A stretch of 63,553 nt of DNA, filler included, from Octopus bimaculoides (Eukaryota): assembly GCF_001194135.2 (NCBI RefSeq). It is 7 parts of 6 records of this genome, joined end to end, with 100 filler letters (N's around TTAATTAATTAA, not from the genome) between each part and the next. Parts side by side here need not be neighbours in the genome. Positions count along the whole stretch, not along the records: positions 1 to 13,123 come from NC_068985.1; 6 more parts are not named here. The stretch is one strand, 5' to 3'. The notes beneath the pieces are model-generated. The model did no database searches. It saw only the letters and a list, made by a program, of their open reading frames with translations, and was not told the DNA's origin. Position 1 is the stretch's first letter. The number at the start of each line of letters is the position of its first letter. A program made the translations under genes and the position numbers. Below, one piece after another: positions 1 through 11,220 of this stretch.

Positions 1-84
1 TATATATAAAGGCTAAAAATCATTAATGATTTTACTAGGTGGTCAGCGCGGAAATAAAAACCTCATAGGTAAATTTTTACAAAA

Positions 85-426
85 TATTTTATAATTATAT
101 ACATAATTATAACAACGGATTGCCTATACACCACACCACGCATGATACAAATAGACGCCAGAAGACACTATTACCACCTTGAAATCTCCGAGAATAACAC
201 ACTAAGTTGTAAGCAAGCAAAAGAAAGATAATGAATCAAACTTATGGTTAACCGTCTACAAGATCCTGTTTCAAGCTTTAAGTAAAAGAATTGCTTGACT
301 ACAACTTAGTGTGTTATTCTCGGAGATTTTGAGGTGATAATAGTGTCTTCTGGCGTCTATTTTTACAGTGCGTGGTGAGGCATATAGCCAATACCTTGTT
401 ATAATTATGTATATGATTATAAAATA
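85..426. repeat. Foldback inverted repeat, arms 85-220 and 291-426, 70-nt spacer
   Basis: Arms are reverse complements, e.g. aaatagacgccagaagacactatta...gagaataacacactaagttgta versus tacaacttagtgtgttattctc...taatagtgtcttctggcgtctattt. Roughly 85% identical by eye. Confidence 0.9.
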
Positions 427-454
427 ATGTGTGTATATATGTAAATATATATAT

Positions 455-497
<43 letters not shown>

Positions 498-894
498 CGT
501 ATGCATGTATGTATGCATGTAAGTATGTATGTATGTTTCTTAATATTGTTTCTTTCCATAATAACAATAATAAAATTAGAAATAATGCCTCCAACAATAA
601 CAACACATCGTTCTCGTCTCTGGCCATCTCCAAACACATCCAAACTATTTTTGTTACGTAATCTTTACCAACTGTACACTTTTGTCGTTGTTCCCCTCTC
701 TCTCTCTCTCTCTCTCTCTTCTTCTTCTTCTTCTTCTTCTTCTTTTCCTTTCCCAACTAAACTTCTAGGTAGTTCAGGTTCAGCCTTAAACGTAGTGTAC
801 TCTATGTAACTTGAGTAGACAAACAGATGTAGACATCCCCAAACCTAACCACGTTGCTAACAACATTAACAAAATACATGACAACTACCACAGC

Positions 895-930
<36 letters not shown>

Positions 931-1129
931 TTTGCCACAAAAGCAACGATTTTGGGGGAGGGGGATAGTCGATTAGATCGACCCCAGTACTTGACTGGTA
1001 CTTAACTTATCGACCCCGAAAGGATGAAAGGCAGAGTCGACCTCAGCGAAATTTGAACTCACAACGTAGCAACGGGCGAAATGCCGATAGGCATTCCGTC
1101 GAGCGTGCTAACGATTCTGCCAGCTCGCC

Positions 1130-1130
<1 letters not shown>
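931..1130 (-). mobile_element. tRNA-headed SINE, family A (Deu/Nin-like central domain), flanked by (AAT)n
   Basis: Reverse complement has A box TGGCAGAATCG, B box GTTCAAATTTC and core GAGGTCGAC..GCCTTTCATCCTTTCGGGGTCGATAA..AGTACCAGT. Many related copies in the window. Confidence 0.85.
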
Positions 1131-1178
<48 letters not shown>

Positions 1179-1183
1179 TAATA

Positions 1184-1684
1184 AAATGCCCGGATGCAGT
1201 ACCAGGCAGTGGCTCTCATGGCTTCTGATCTTAATTGATTGGAAGTGTTATCATGTACATTGTTTTGTCTTGGTATAAAAGATGGGCTACAGCAAATGTT
1301 CTGCTGAATACAAAAGATTTGCTTGTTAGTTGTTTGACCTTAACCAGCTGAGCACGTCCCTTGGTGGCTGGTGATATATGCATCTCTGATCATGAGAAGT
1401 AGTGGGAGGGCATCATAGCCATGTGTTGAGAAGAATTCTTTGGGGTTTGAATTATTCACCTTTGGAAACATGGTTGTTTTGCTCAGCATCCTTAAACAAA
1501 CCTTATTCAGGGACCTTTTGAGCGGGATGGGCTACTCGACGTGAAGAAAATTGTAACTGGGCCCCACCTGCGAGGTCATGCACTGTTTATCTTGATATGA
1601 GATCACCATGTCACGCATGTGCCTGATGTACCCTTATCAGACGGGTAGTCATGATGAGAATAATGGGCTTCGTATATTTTACCC
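1184..1684. mobile_element. Unclassified ~0.5 kb dispersed repeat (element X), copy 1
   Basis: Colinear with 42990-43452 over about 400 nt at high identity. Both copies are bordered by (AAT)n. No Pol III boxes or TIRs seen. Confidence 0.75.
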
Positions 1685-1836
1685 CGAATGGATGAAAGGC
1701 AAAGTTAACCTCAGCACAATTTGAACTTAGAACCTGAAGACAAACGAAATACCGCTAAGCATTTTGCCCGGAGTGCTAACAATGCTGCCAACTCGCCACC
1801 TTAATAATAATAATAATGATAATAATAATAATAATG

Positions 1837-1877
<41 letters not shown>

Positions 1878-1990
1878 CCTTTGTGCTATTGCCAAGAAAC
1901 CTGAAATTTGGTGCGAGGGGGCTAGTCGATTACATCGACCCCAGTTATCAATTGGTACTTAATTTATCAACCCCAAAAGGATGAAGATGG
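1685..1990 (-). mobile_element. Two partial family-A SINEs (1685-1800, 1879-1990) separated by (AAT)n
   Basis: Similarity to 931-1130 (ggatgaaaggc..gaatttgaac..ctgcca.ctcgcc; tagtcgattacatcgaccccag). Confidence 0.75.
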
Positions 1991-2683
1991 CCCTCCTGAC
2001 GAGCATGAACCCTTCCTCAAGAACTGAAAACGTATGCATTCTAAATTCGTCAAATATTTCTAAGGATAAGACATGGTTATCAAGCGATGGTTCACCATCA
2101 AAGCTATATATGTGTTAACTGCCTGTTCCTGATATTTCAACGACATCTTACTCTCTGACCATTTCTGAGTGAAACTAGCCACTGTATCCGCGACTTCATC
2201 CCACTTTTTGTCCACTTAGATGTCTGACTGAACGAGACCTCAAAAACCTTACTTGTATCCTTGAACCAGTAGCAAAAAAGCACCACCCCGTTCTGACATG
2301 CCAAACCGTTGGCCCACGCACTTTTTCTGATAATGCATTCTCCCCTTACTGCAGTATGTTGCCGACTCGCTCGATTTCTGCTGTATCTAAACACCGTCAC
2401 AGTGACTTAGTCTACGTATGCAGTCACGCCCCCTCCTGTGTCCTAATTCGCTCGGGATACCTCGCAACACCTAGTTTTGGAGCAGTAGTTCGAACGCTAA
2501 AATTTATAGAAGAGATGAACATTGAATACTTGATGGACCGAACGGATAATGTGGAACGGAAAGATCCAAAAAGTACTGGTTTAGCTAGACCAATAGATAC
2601 GACTTTACAAATTGCGTTCCAACCTCTGTCAGCACGATTGAAATAGGCTGTGATTCAGACATCCGCCAAATTATTAATAGACA

Positions 2684-2686
<3 letters not shown>

Positions 2687-2760
<74 letters not shown>

Positions 2761-2877
2761 ACACACACACACATACACACACTCACTCACTCTCTCTCTC
2801 ACTCTCTCTCTCGCGTGTACTTACACTCCCTCCCACACATATACTCTTTCACACACGCATACATTCTCTCTTTCTCA

Positions 2878-2947
<70 letters not shown>
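2687..2947. repeat. Compound (CT)n/(CA)n microsatellite
   Basis: Directly visible. Confidence 0.95.
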
Positions 2948-2950
<3 letters not shown>

Positions 2951-3289
2951 GGCATGTGTTTGTGTGTGGGTGCGTGTCTTAGTATGTCCGTATATATAAT
3001 GTTTGTATGTATGTGTGTGTGTACATATTTACGTATGAATGTACGTATATATTGTGTGTGTACAGTTGTCCGTAGTTATTCTCTTTCTCTTTGATTTTTG
3101 CGTATGTATGCATGTATGTATGTTCACTTCTATTTATAATTATTTGAAATCTTCTAGTAAGGAAGGAGCTGGTTTCTAACAAATTACAAAACTTTGTCTA
3201 GCTGTTTTGAGGTTGTATAGGTCATCAGGAAGAGAGTGCTTCCTGGGGAGTTCGTTGCCGAAAGCTGAAAAGGAAAACGCAGACTGCTC

Positions 3290-4130
3290 TAAGGAAATTT
3301 AAACAGGAATGATGGAATGACAGCAAAAGAGGCGCAAGAAGCAGCTGATAGAAATTATGCCAAGGGTTTGTACTCCTATGTTAAGGAGGTATATGGCCCC
3401 AAATCTTCTTCAACATCTCCAGTAAGAACAGCAAATGTACATTTGCTTTTGACTGACACCGCTTCTATTCATAAGCAATGGGTAGAACATCTTTCTGTAC
3501 TTTTGAATAGACCATCATCCGTTGACATGAGGGCGATAAAAAATCGGACACCTTCCAGTTACAGAAGAGATGCCATTTGAAGCAACTCTAAATGACATGT
3601 CTTTAGCTGTGAATAAGCTGAATAACAATAAGTCACCATGTCTGATGGAATCTGTGCAAAAGTCTTGAAATATGTGGGTGACAAAATGTTTGAACTCTTA
3701 AATATATTAATTTGTCACAATTGGAGAACTGAGAAAGTGCTTCAAGACTGGATTGATGCCATTTTAATCTCCTCGTATAGATCGAGGCCAAAGGATCTGT
3801 GTGATAATTTTCGTGGGATTTCGCTTTTTCCTGTAGTTGGAAAGGTACTTGCTCGTATTCTGCTAGAACGTTCATAGTTCCAAATATAGTGTCTGAGCCT
3901 CGATGTGCTTTTCTCCCCTCTATGGGCACAGTTGATTGTATCTTCACCATCAGACAATTTCAGGAAAAGTGCATTGAATAGAATCTTACCCTATACCATT
4001 GCTTTGTTGATTTAAGCAAGGCATTCCAAATGCTCTGTGACTAATTCTAAGAAAAATAGGTTGCCCTGAAAAATTGGTAAACATTGCATGAAGATATGAA
4101 GGCTAGAGTTAATTTTGGTGCTTTCGCCGC
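3290..4130 (+). mobile_element. Decayed RTE-clade LINE, linker plus N-terminal reverse transcriptase
   Basis: Frameshifted peptides KEVYGPKSSSTSPVR..WVEHLSVLLNRPS, DGICAKVLK..QDWIDA..CDNFRGISLFPVVGKVLARILLER and IFTIRQFQEKC..CFVDLSKAF are typical of RTE RT domains 0-3. Confidence 0.85.
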
Positions 4131-5432
4131 ATTTTAAACATTAAATGGGGATTTTTACTCCAGACTCAGATGTCTCTGCGTCTAAGAGTATTTCTGTTTG
4201 TTTAGACACCTACAATGAAATTAGGTATTTCTGTTTGTTAGAAACCTTCAATGAACAGGTCAGACGCTAAACTGTAAATTTCACAGGGTACAACCTGAAA
4301 GTTGACACCGCTCTGCTAAACGCAGAAAATTTCTGTCTCGCTATTGGCTAAGAATAATTTTTTTTTGTTTGCTTATTTTTTTTGTTTGCTTTTTTTTTTT
4401 GTTGTTTTTTTTTTTCGATTTTTAAACATGTGTAACTTTTTTCTCCAATTTTTTTCACTACACAGACTTAGTCTATTTATAGAGATCCTCCTGAGACTGG
4501 AAAACTACATTATTATAGCCGATTTTCAGATTTTTTACTTCCTTTTAAAAAATGCATATTTTGCGAATGAAAAAACTAGAACCCAAGTATATGATAAACA
4601 GTCAAGTTATACNNNNNNNNNNNNNNNNNNNNNNNNNNNNNNNNNNNNNNNNNNNNNNNNNNNNNNNNNNNNNNNNNNNNNNNNNNNNNNNNNNNNNNNN
4701 NNNNNNNNNNNNNNNNNNNNNNNNNNNNNNNNNNNNNNNNNNNNNNNNNNNNNNNNNNNNNNNNNNNNNNNNNNNNNNNNNNNNNNNNNNNNNNNNNNNN
4801 NNNNNNNNNNNNNNNNNNNNNNNNNNNNNNNNNNNNNNNNNNNNNNNNNNNNNNNNNNNNNNNNNNNNNNNNNNNNNNNNNNNNNNNNNNNNNNNNNNNN
4901 NNNNNNNNNNNNNNNNNNNNNNNNNNNNNNNNNNNNNNNNNNNNNNNNNNNNNNNNNNNNNNNNNNNNNNNNNNNNNNNNNNNNNNNNNNNNNNNNNNNN
5001 NNNNNNNNNNNNNNNNNNNNNNNNNNNNNNNNNNNNNNNNNNNNNNNNNNNNNNNNNNNNNNNNNNNNNNNNNNNNNNNNNNNNNNNNNNNNNNNNNNNN
5101 NNNNNNNNNNNNNNNNNNNNNNNNNNNNNNNNNNNNNNNNNNNNNNNNNNNNNNNNNNNNNNNNNNNNNNNNNNNNNNNNNNNNNNNNNNNNNNNNNNNN
5201 NNNNNNNNNNNNNNNNNNNNNNNNNNNNNNNNNNNNNNNNNNNNNNNNNNNNNNNNNNNNNNNNNNNNNNNNNNNNNNNNNNNNNNNNNNNNNNNNNGGC
5301 TGCATGTGTGCGTGTGCGCGCGTGCGCGCGTGTGTACGTGCGCGCAGGCGTGTGTATGTGTTTGTGTGCCTGCATGTGTATGTGTGGATGTGCGGTTGTA
5401 GGTGCATAAATGTATGTGTGTACTCATAAATG

Positions 5433-5477
<45 letters not shown>

Positions 5478-5508
5478 ATACACATACAAACACACACACA
5501 CATATATA

Positions 5509-5660
5509 TCTATATATATAAAACTAAGAACGTCTGACTATCTGTCTGTGTGCATCACTAAAACTCCAGAACTACCCAACTGATTTCATTCAAATTTTAC
5601 ATATACACCACTTAGGGTCCATGGAGTGTCATGGGCCAAAAATGTTTCAAATCCTTGCCT
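5509..5660 (+). mobile_element. Helitron-type 5' terminus (non-autonomous family)
   Basis: A|TCTATATATATAAAA start, then (GTCT)-type repeat and core aaaactc.agaactac.caac.gatttcattcaaa.tttac shared with 22965-23050. Confidence 0.6.
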
Positions 5661-5689
5661 AATGCGAGCTTGGAGCAATCTCTTAGACT

Positions 5690-6390
5690 GTTTCGGTATT
5701 ACGCGTCAAAAAGGAAACAATAACATCTTCCGTACATATCCAATTACAACCCCAGAAACAAAGAAGACTTCACTATCATCACCCAAAATTTACCAATGCT
5801 ACATAAGGACCCCAAATTAAAGGAAATTTTACACACATTAAAAGCCACAAACAACCGAAATCACTAAAAAAGATTCTCACAAAGGCAAAATTATTTTCTA
5901 AAATAACGGACGCAAAAGTGAAAAAATGTGGTCGACCAAATTGCTCAACATGCCCAAACCTTCTAGAAGGATCAGAATCCCTTTTTAAAGAGGGAGGAAA
6001 ATTCAAAATCAAATCTGATTTTACTTGTGCCTCAGAAAACCGGATTTATGTTATAAGATGCTCGGGCTGCCACCAAAACTATATTGACTCCACGGGATTA
6101 TTGCTCAGACGCTGATTCACTCTACTGCGACAGCAGATTGCACTCCCAGAATACAGAATGATACCCTTTAGTGAACACATTGAGAGATGGGCAAAGCAAC
6201 TGCTACCACAATTTGTAATCTTTCCATTTTATCAACGTACCATTGGAATACCAATACAAGTTAGATTAAATAAGGAAACCTACTTTATTGAAAAATATAA
6301 GCCAAAACTTAACCATTTCTAGCATTTTTAAATAAGGAACCTTACCTCATTGAAAAATATAAAGCAAAACTTAACCACTTCTAACATTCT
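5690..6390 (+). mobile_element. Penelope-like element, GIY-YIG endonuclease fragment
   Basis: KKCGRPNCSTC..FTCASENRIYVIRCSGCHQNYIDSTG..SEHI..KETYFIEKYKPKLN: CxxxxCxxC linker followed by degenerate GIY-YIG. Confidence 0.85.
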
Positions 6391-7000
6391 ATTCTATCAA
6401 AACCAAATCATGTCAAATTGATAAAACCTAATCATTCCCAACATTTTTGATTATCTCCCTTATATCGAAAAAATCCCTGATTACCTCCCCCTGTTTGGAA
6501 CTCACCTACTTCACACCATAGCGAAGAGATGATACAATATCGGTAAAGAAATTTGAGAAATTTGAAAAGAAAATACGAAACCGATTATTTCTCCAAAAAC
6601 AATTTCACTACACATAAAATTTTATAACATATTTCTAACATGACGATTGAAATATATTCTTTAACCATATAATACAAGTCTTCTGTAGTTTTCTCATTCT
6701 ATTTTGTCCTTTATACATCCAACCACGTGCTTTCACATACCAATTCTCTCACCCTNNNNNNNNNNNNNNNNNNNNNNNNNNNNNNNNNNNNNNNNNNNNN
6801 NNNNNNNNNNNNNNNNNNNNNNNNNNNNNNNNNNNNNNNNNNNNNNNNNNNNNNNNNNNNNNNNNNNNNNNNNNNNNNNNNNNNNNNNNNNNNNNNNNNN
6901 NNNNNNNNNNNNNNNNNNNNNNNNNNNNNNNNNNNNNNNNNNNNNNNNNNNNNNNNNNNNNNNNNNNNNNNNNNNNNNNNNNNNNNNNNNNNNNNNNNNN

Positions 7001-7057
<57 letters not shown>

Positions 7058-7060
<3 letters not shown>

Positions 7061-7245
7061 TTTCTGTGTTTGTACCCCCATCATCGCTCTGCAACCGATG
7101 TTGCTGTGTTTACGTCCCCGTAGCTTAACCGTTTGGCAAAACACACTGATAGAATAAGTACTAGGCTTACAAAGAATAAATCTTTGGGTCGATTTCTTCG
7201 ACTAAAGGCGGTACTCCAGCATGACCGAAACAAGTAAAACGATAA
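7058..7245 (+). mobile_element. SINE family B, 3' half
   Basis: gtttacgtccccgtagcttaac..gatagaataagtactaggcttacaaagaataa..ggcggtactccagcatg..gaaacaagtaaa, preceded by (TG)n. Confidence 0.85.
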
Positions 7246-7249
7246 AAAA

Positions 7250-7291
7250 AACTATGCCATGTTAATCCGAGCAACGCCGGGTATCTGCTAG
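7250..7291 (+). mobile_element. Helitron-type 3' terminus
   Basis: ccgagcaacgccggg hairpin-like motif followed by CTAG (7288-7291) then T. Confidence 0.6.
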
Positions 7292-7586
7292 TAAATCTAT
7301 AAACATGCATAAATATAATTCTTATATATGTATTTAAATGTTTGTCGGTGTGTGTCTGTGTATCGGCGTGTGTACGCGTGCGCACGACTGCGTGTGTGTC
7401 TGTGCGTGCCTGTGTACGCGCGCGTATGTAAAAAGGAAGACTATATACATAGCTGATGTAAAAGTATGTACAAATTGCACGCAGTAGTTACATAGTAGTA
7501 TGTAAGACAGACGATACATGAGAAGCCAATGACAGAGAGCGAAAGAAAGAAAGAAAGAAAGAAAGAAGGAAAGAAAGAACGGCTAG

Positions 7587-7622
7587 TGACGTAACGTAAA
7601 TCAATAGATAACAATGACGTCA
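7587..7622. promoter_or_regulatory. Pair of CRE/ATF-like sites
   Basis: TGACGTAA at 7587-7594 and perfect TGACGTCA at 7615-7622 in unique sequence. Motif match only. Confidence 0.3.
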
Positions 7623-8394
7623 TAAGCAATGAACCGGTTTGACCTCAACTACACTTTATTGTGTACAAACTGGAGACGTTTCAAACTTTTTGACCTAAAT
7701 CACTAAACTTTAACCGATAATATCAGTTTTCGTGTTGGTCTGCCCATCAAATCAGTTATCGTTGCCATTGTTTCGCTTGTTACTGATTCTCATGGAGCTG
7801 GCTTGTGAGCAAAAAAGTATTCCACCCGTGACTACTCCGTTTTCATTTTTAAAACAGTGTCATTGAGAATAACTATGTTGACTATCTTCTTTCTTAGGAG
7901 GGTAGGATGGTGGTGTGTACGCGAAGTGGGGGTGATATTGCTGCTGTTCCTAGTATGTCGAACAACAATGCAGCGATAGTCCTCATTTAATCTGTGCAAC
8001 GGGTGCCATGTTGAAATTGACTCAGTAGATAATGTCTTGATGTTGCAGTTGAAGGGGTTTTTGGTTGTTCTGTTATCAGTAGTCTATTGTCTTTAATTAA
8101 TTTTGGTTAATAACCTTTAAAGATTTAATGAAAAGTTACTGTGATATGATGTGAGTTCTGAAATTTTAGATTAAGCCCTTCTTCAAGGAGATAACCATAT
8201 GTTTATGTGCAGGGCCATTCATTAAAGAGAAAGGAACAAAATATAAGAAATCACTTCACATTACACCAATTTAATCATTTTCTCTCCCAAGAAAGATCGT
8301 ATCCGTTGTCAGAACTCAACTCATATATGTAGAATTGATCCATGGTTGTTAAACCCTTCATTCGTCGTCGTCGTTGGCTTTATCTCTTATGCGA

Positions 8395-8650
8395 AAATTT
8401 AGTTTCTTCTTTGCTGAACGCTTTCTTTATGGTGAAGATGTTGATGACTGCGTAGGTCAATTCTTGCATAGAAGAGACGATGGTATTGTTTCCATAGTAA
8501 TGCTGGTGGAAGATGAGTTTTTGGTTTCGATGGTGAGGGAATATCGCCACTTGGCATGGTCTCGGGCTTGCATTTCAACCGATTTAGGCTCAAGTTCAGC
8601 GGCTTTCAGTGATGTTTTGAGTTGGTCCTTGTATGTTATCTCTCACATTA
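8395..8650 (-). mobile_element. RTE-clade LINE 3' coding fragment
   Basis: Minus frames give TYKDQLKTSLKAAELEP..QARDHAKWR and RLFYARIDLRSHQHLH (remnant C2H2-like RTE C-terminus). Confidence 0.7.
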
Positions 8651-8759
8651 ATTCAACGTTGTTTCATGAATGTGATCAACTCCATTAACGCAGAGTTGAT
8701 CCATGGATGTTATTTAAAACATTAATGTAGAGCTGATCCATGCCTGTCCCTGTAATTTA

Positions 8760-9195
8760 TCTGTTCAGCCGAAGAGACTGATAGAATAAGCACCAGGCTT
8801 ACAGGGAATAAGTCCAGGGGTCAATTTCTTCGACAAAAGGGTGGTGCTTCAGCATGGCCACTGTCAAATGACTGAAACAAGTAAAAGAATAAAAGAATAC
8901 CAGAAAAACGTTCCGTACCACTAAACCAAGAAGGTTCTTTGAATATGTACGATGTATCTTAAGGTTAAATAGTAATTTTGGTTGGATTATATAGTCATTG
9001 GTGTTACATTACTTTCTATATTCTGTAATTGTCACAATATACTTTTCTAGGCCTGAATTTTTTGTGGGGAGGGGCCAATTGATTAGATCGACTTCAGTAT
9101 ACAACTGGTACTTAATTTATCGACTCTGAAAGGGCGAAAGGTAAAGTCGACCTCGGTAGAATTTGAACTCAGAGCATAAAGACAGACGGTCATAA
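8760..9195. mobile_element. SINE B tail (8760-8900, +) and partial SINE A (9045-9195, -)
   Basis: Matches to the family motifs described above. Confidence 0.75.
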
Positions 9196-9289
9196 TATAC
9201 AAACATTTCTCATGGCACCAGTACACTGTTTACAGATGCTTACATTTTTGTTTTCCGCGAATTTTTCACGGGTCCAGCTAGTATATATT

Positions 9290-9550
9290 TATGTGCATGT
9301 ATATATATTTGTATGTATGTGTGTATGTGCGTGTGTGTTTGTGTGTGTTTGTGTATGTGCGTATGTGTGTGCTTGTGTGTGTGTGCATGTGTGTGTGCTT
9401 GTGTGTGTGTGTGTGTATGTGTGTGTGCGTGCGTGTGTGTGTGCGTGCGTGTGTGTGTGCGTGCGTGTGTGTGTGCGTGCGTGTGTGTGTGCGTGCGTGT
9501 GTGTGTGCGTGCGTGTGTGTGCGTGCATGCGCGCTTCATGCGTGTGTGTA
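9290..9550. repeat. (GT)n/(GCGT)n microsatellite
   Basis: Directly visible. Confidence 0.95.
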
Positions 9551-10309
9551 TGCATCTCCAATTAGAAGAGCCAGGTGAGCAGCTGTTACTGTTCCATAAT
9601 TTCATTGAAATAAATCATTCGTAAAATAAAGAACTTATTTTTTTATTCCTTCCAAATTATTTCAGAATTCGCAAAATTTGTTTGAAGCCATAAAAACCAA
9701 AATAAATACGTTTTCAGGAAATTACCCAAAAAGCATAAATATATTTTATTAATGAAGAAATAATCCCATTTTCAGTGAATTTCTAATAATTACAGGATGG
9801 TTAAAAGCAAAGCAATTTGTTTCAAAACCCTTGTTTTAACTATTTTTATATGTTGAACTTAGAATCAACAGATCTATGATTAAAAGTGTTCAAGCCATGA
9901 CAGTCCTGCTTGTATACCTATGTGTACATTTTCCAATATGTCAATGTTTTAAGAAGGTAGGGTATGATTTGGGGCGAAGCTTGGCTGCTATTCCTAGCAG
10001 TTTGTACATATAGGCGTCTTTGTACACCGTCATCCTCGTTGTTATTATTGTTGTTGTTTAGTCTGAGGCTAGTCATGACTGAGCAGATATATGATCAGAG
10101 GTGTTTCCAGCTCTGACCATCCCCGTAGTGTATCTAGGACGGCATCATACTTGATGCAGTTATCCCATTCATATTTATAAGGCAACAGTGCATGATTTGA
10201 ATGGTAGGTGGCTGCTATTTCTAACTCTTTATACGACCATATAGTGGCTAATTTAGAATGTTTAAATGATGACGTGCGAATTATAATGGTTTGATATCGT
10301 TAATATGTT

Positions 10310-10740
10310 TTAAGATCATCAAGATTGTATGATGCCAGATTAAATGTTAGAATTGCTCAAGATTATATGATGTTGGATTAAATGAAATGCTCAACACTCT
10401 ATGATGTCTGTTAAATGTTAGAGATGATAAGGACAATGAAGCCGGGTTAAATGTTAGAGGTGACCAAGACAATTTCATACCGTAATAAACGTCAGAAGTA
10501 ATCAAGAAGAGTATATGATGTCGGAGTAAATGTCAGATATTTGAAACTATAATGCCGGAATGAATATTAGAGTCGTTCAAGACTATGGCACTGGATTAAG
10601 TGTTTGAGTTACTCAAGATTATATGATGCAGAATTAGATATCAGATATGTATGAGACTATGATGCCGGACTAGATGTTCAAAACTATGACAACTTATTGT
10701 TTGAGATATTTAAGATTATATGATGCCGGTTTAAATGGAA
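10310..10740. repeat. Degenerate tandem minisatellite, about 12 units of ~34-40 bp
   Basis: Recurring unit tcaagattatatgatgccggattaaatgttaga with many substitutions. Confidence 0.8.
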
Positions 10741-11159
10741 TTGTAACATTTTAATGCCATTTATAACAGTTTATTTTTATCGCAATTTGTGACGAGTAAA
10801 GCGGTTTAAAAACGAACTTGGAACTTTGTGCTGACGAACCGACGATCTCAATAATACAGTCGACCATATTTCATATACGTTCCATAGACAAATTTGGCGA
10901 TATTGACTTTCCTTTTGTCTTCGTATTGTCGATAAAAATAAATAATAATGAAACACATAACAAGTCGTAGTGAGGAGTGGGGAACAGCGTTAATTGAGTC
11001 TAAAGAAATCAATAAAATGTTAAAATAAAAATACAGAATTGTAATTATTTTTAATGTATGCACTTATAACAGATTTCAATAGACTTGGATTTGTGTGCAT
11101 GTGTGCGCGCGCATGCGTTTATAGACATTAAAAGATATATAGATATAACTTTATATAAG

Positions 11160-11220
<61 letters not shown>

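Noticed and set aside
6520-6550. Hammerhead-like remnant in the PLE tail (cgaaga gat..atc ggta)
   Set aside because: Too many core mismatches to distinguish from chance.
10310-10740. CRISPR-like periodicity (~37 bp)
   Set aside because: Contiguous degenerate units with no unique spacers, no cas genes, eukaryotic context.
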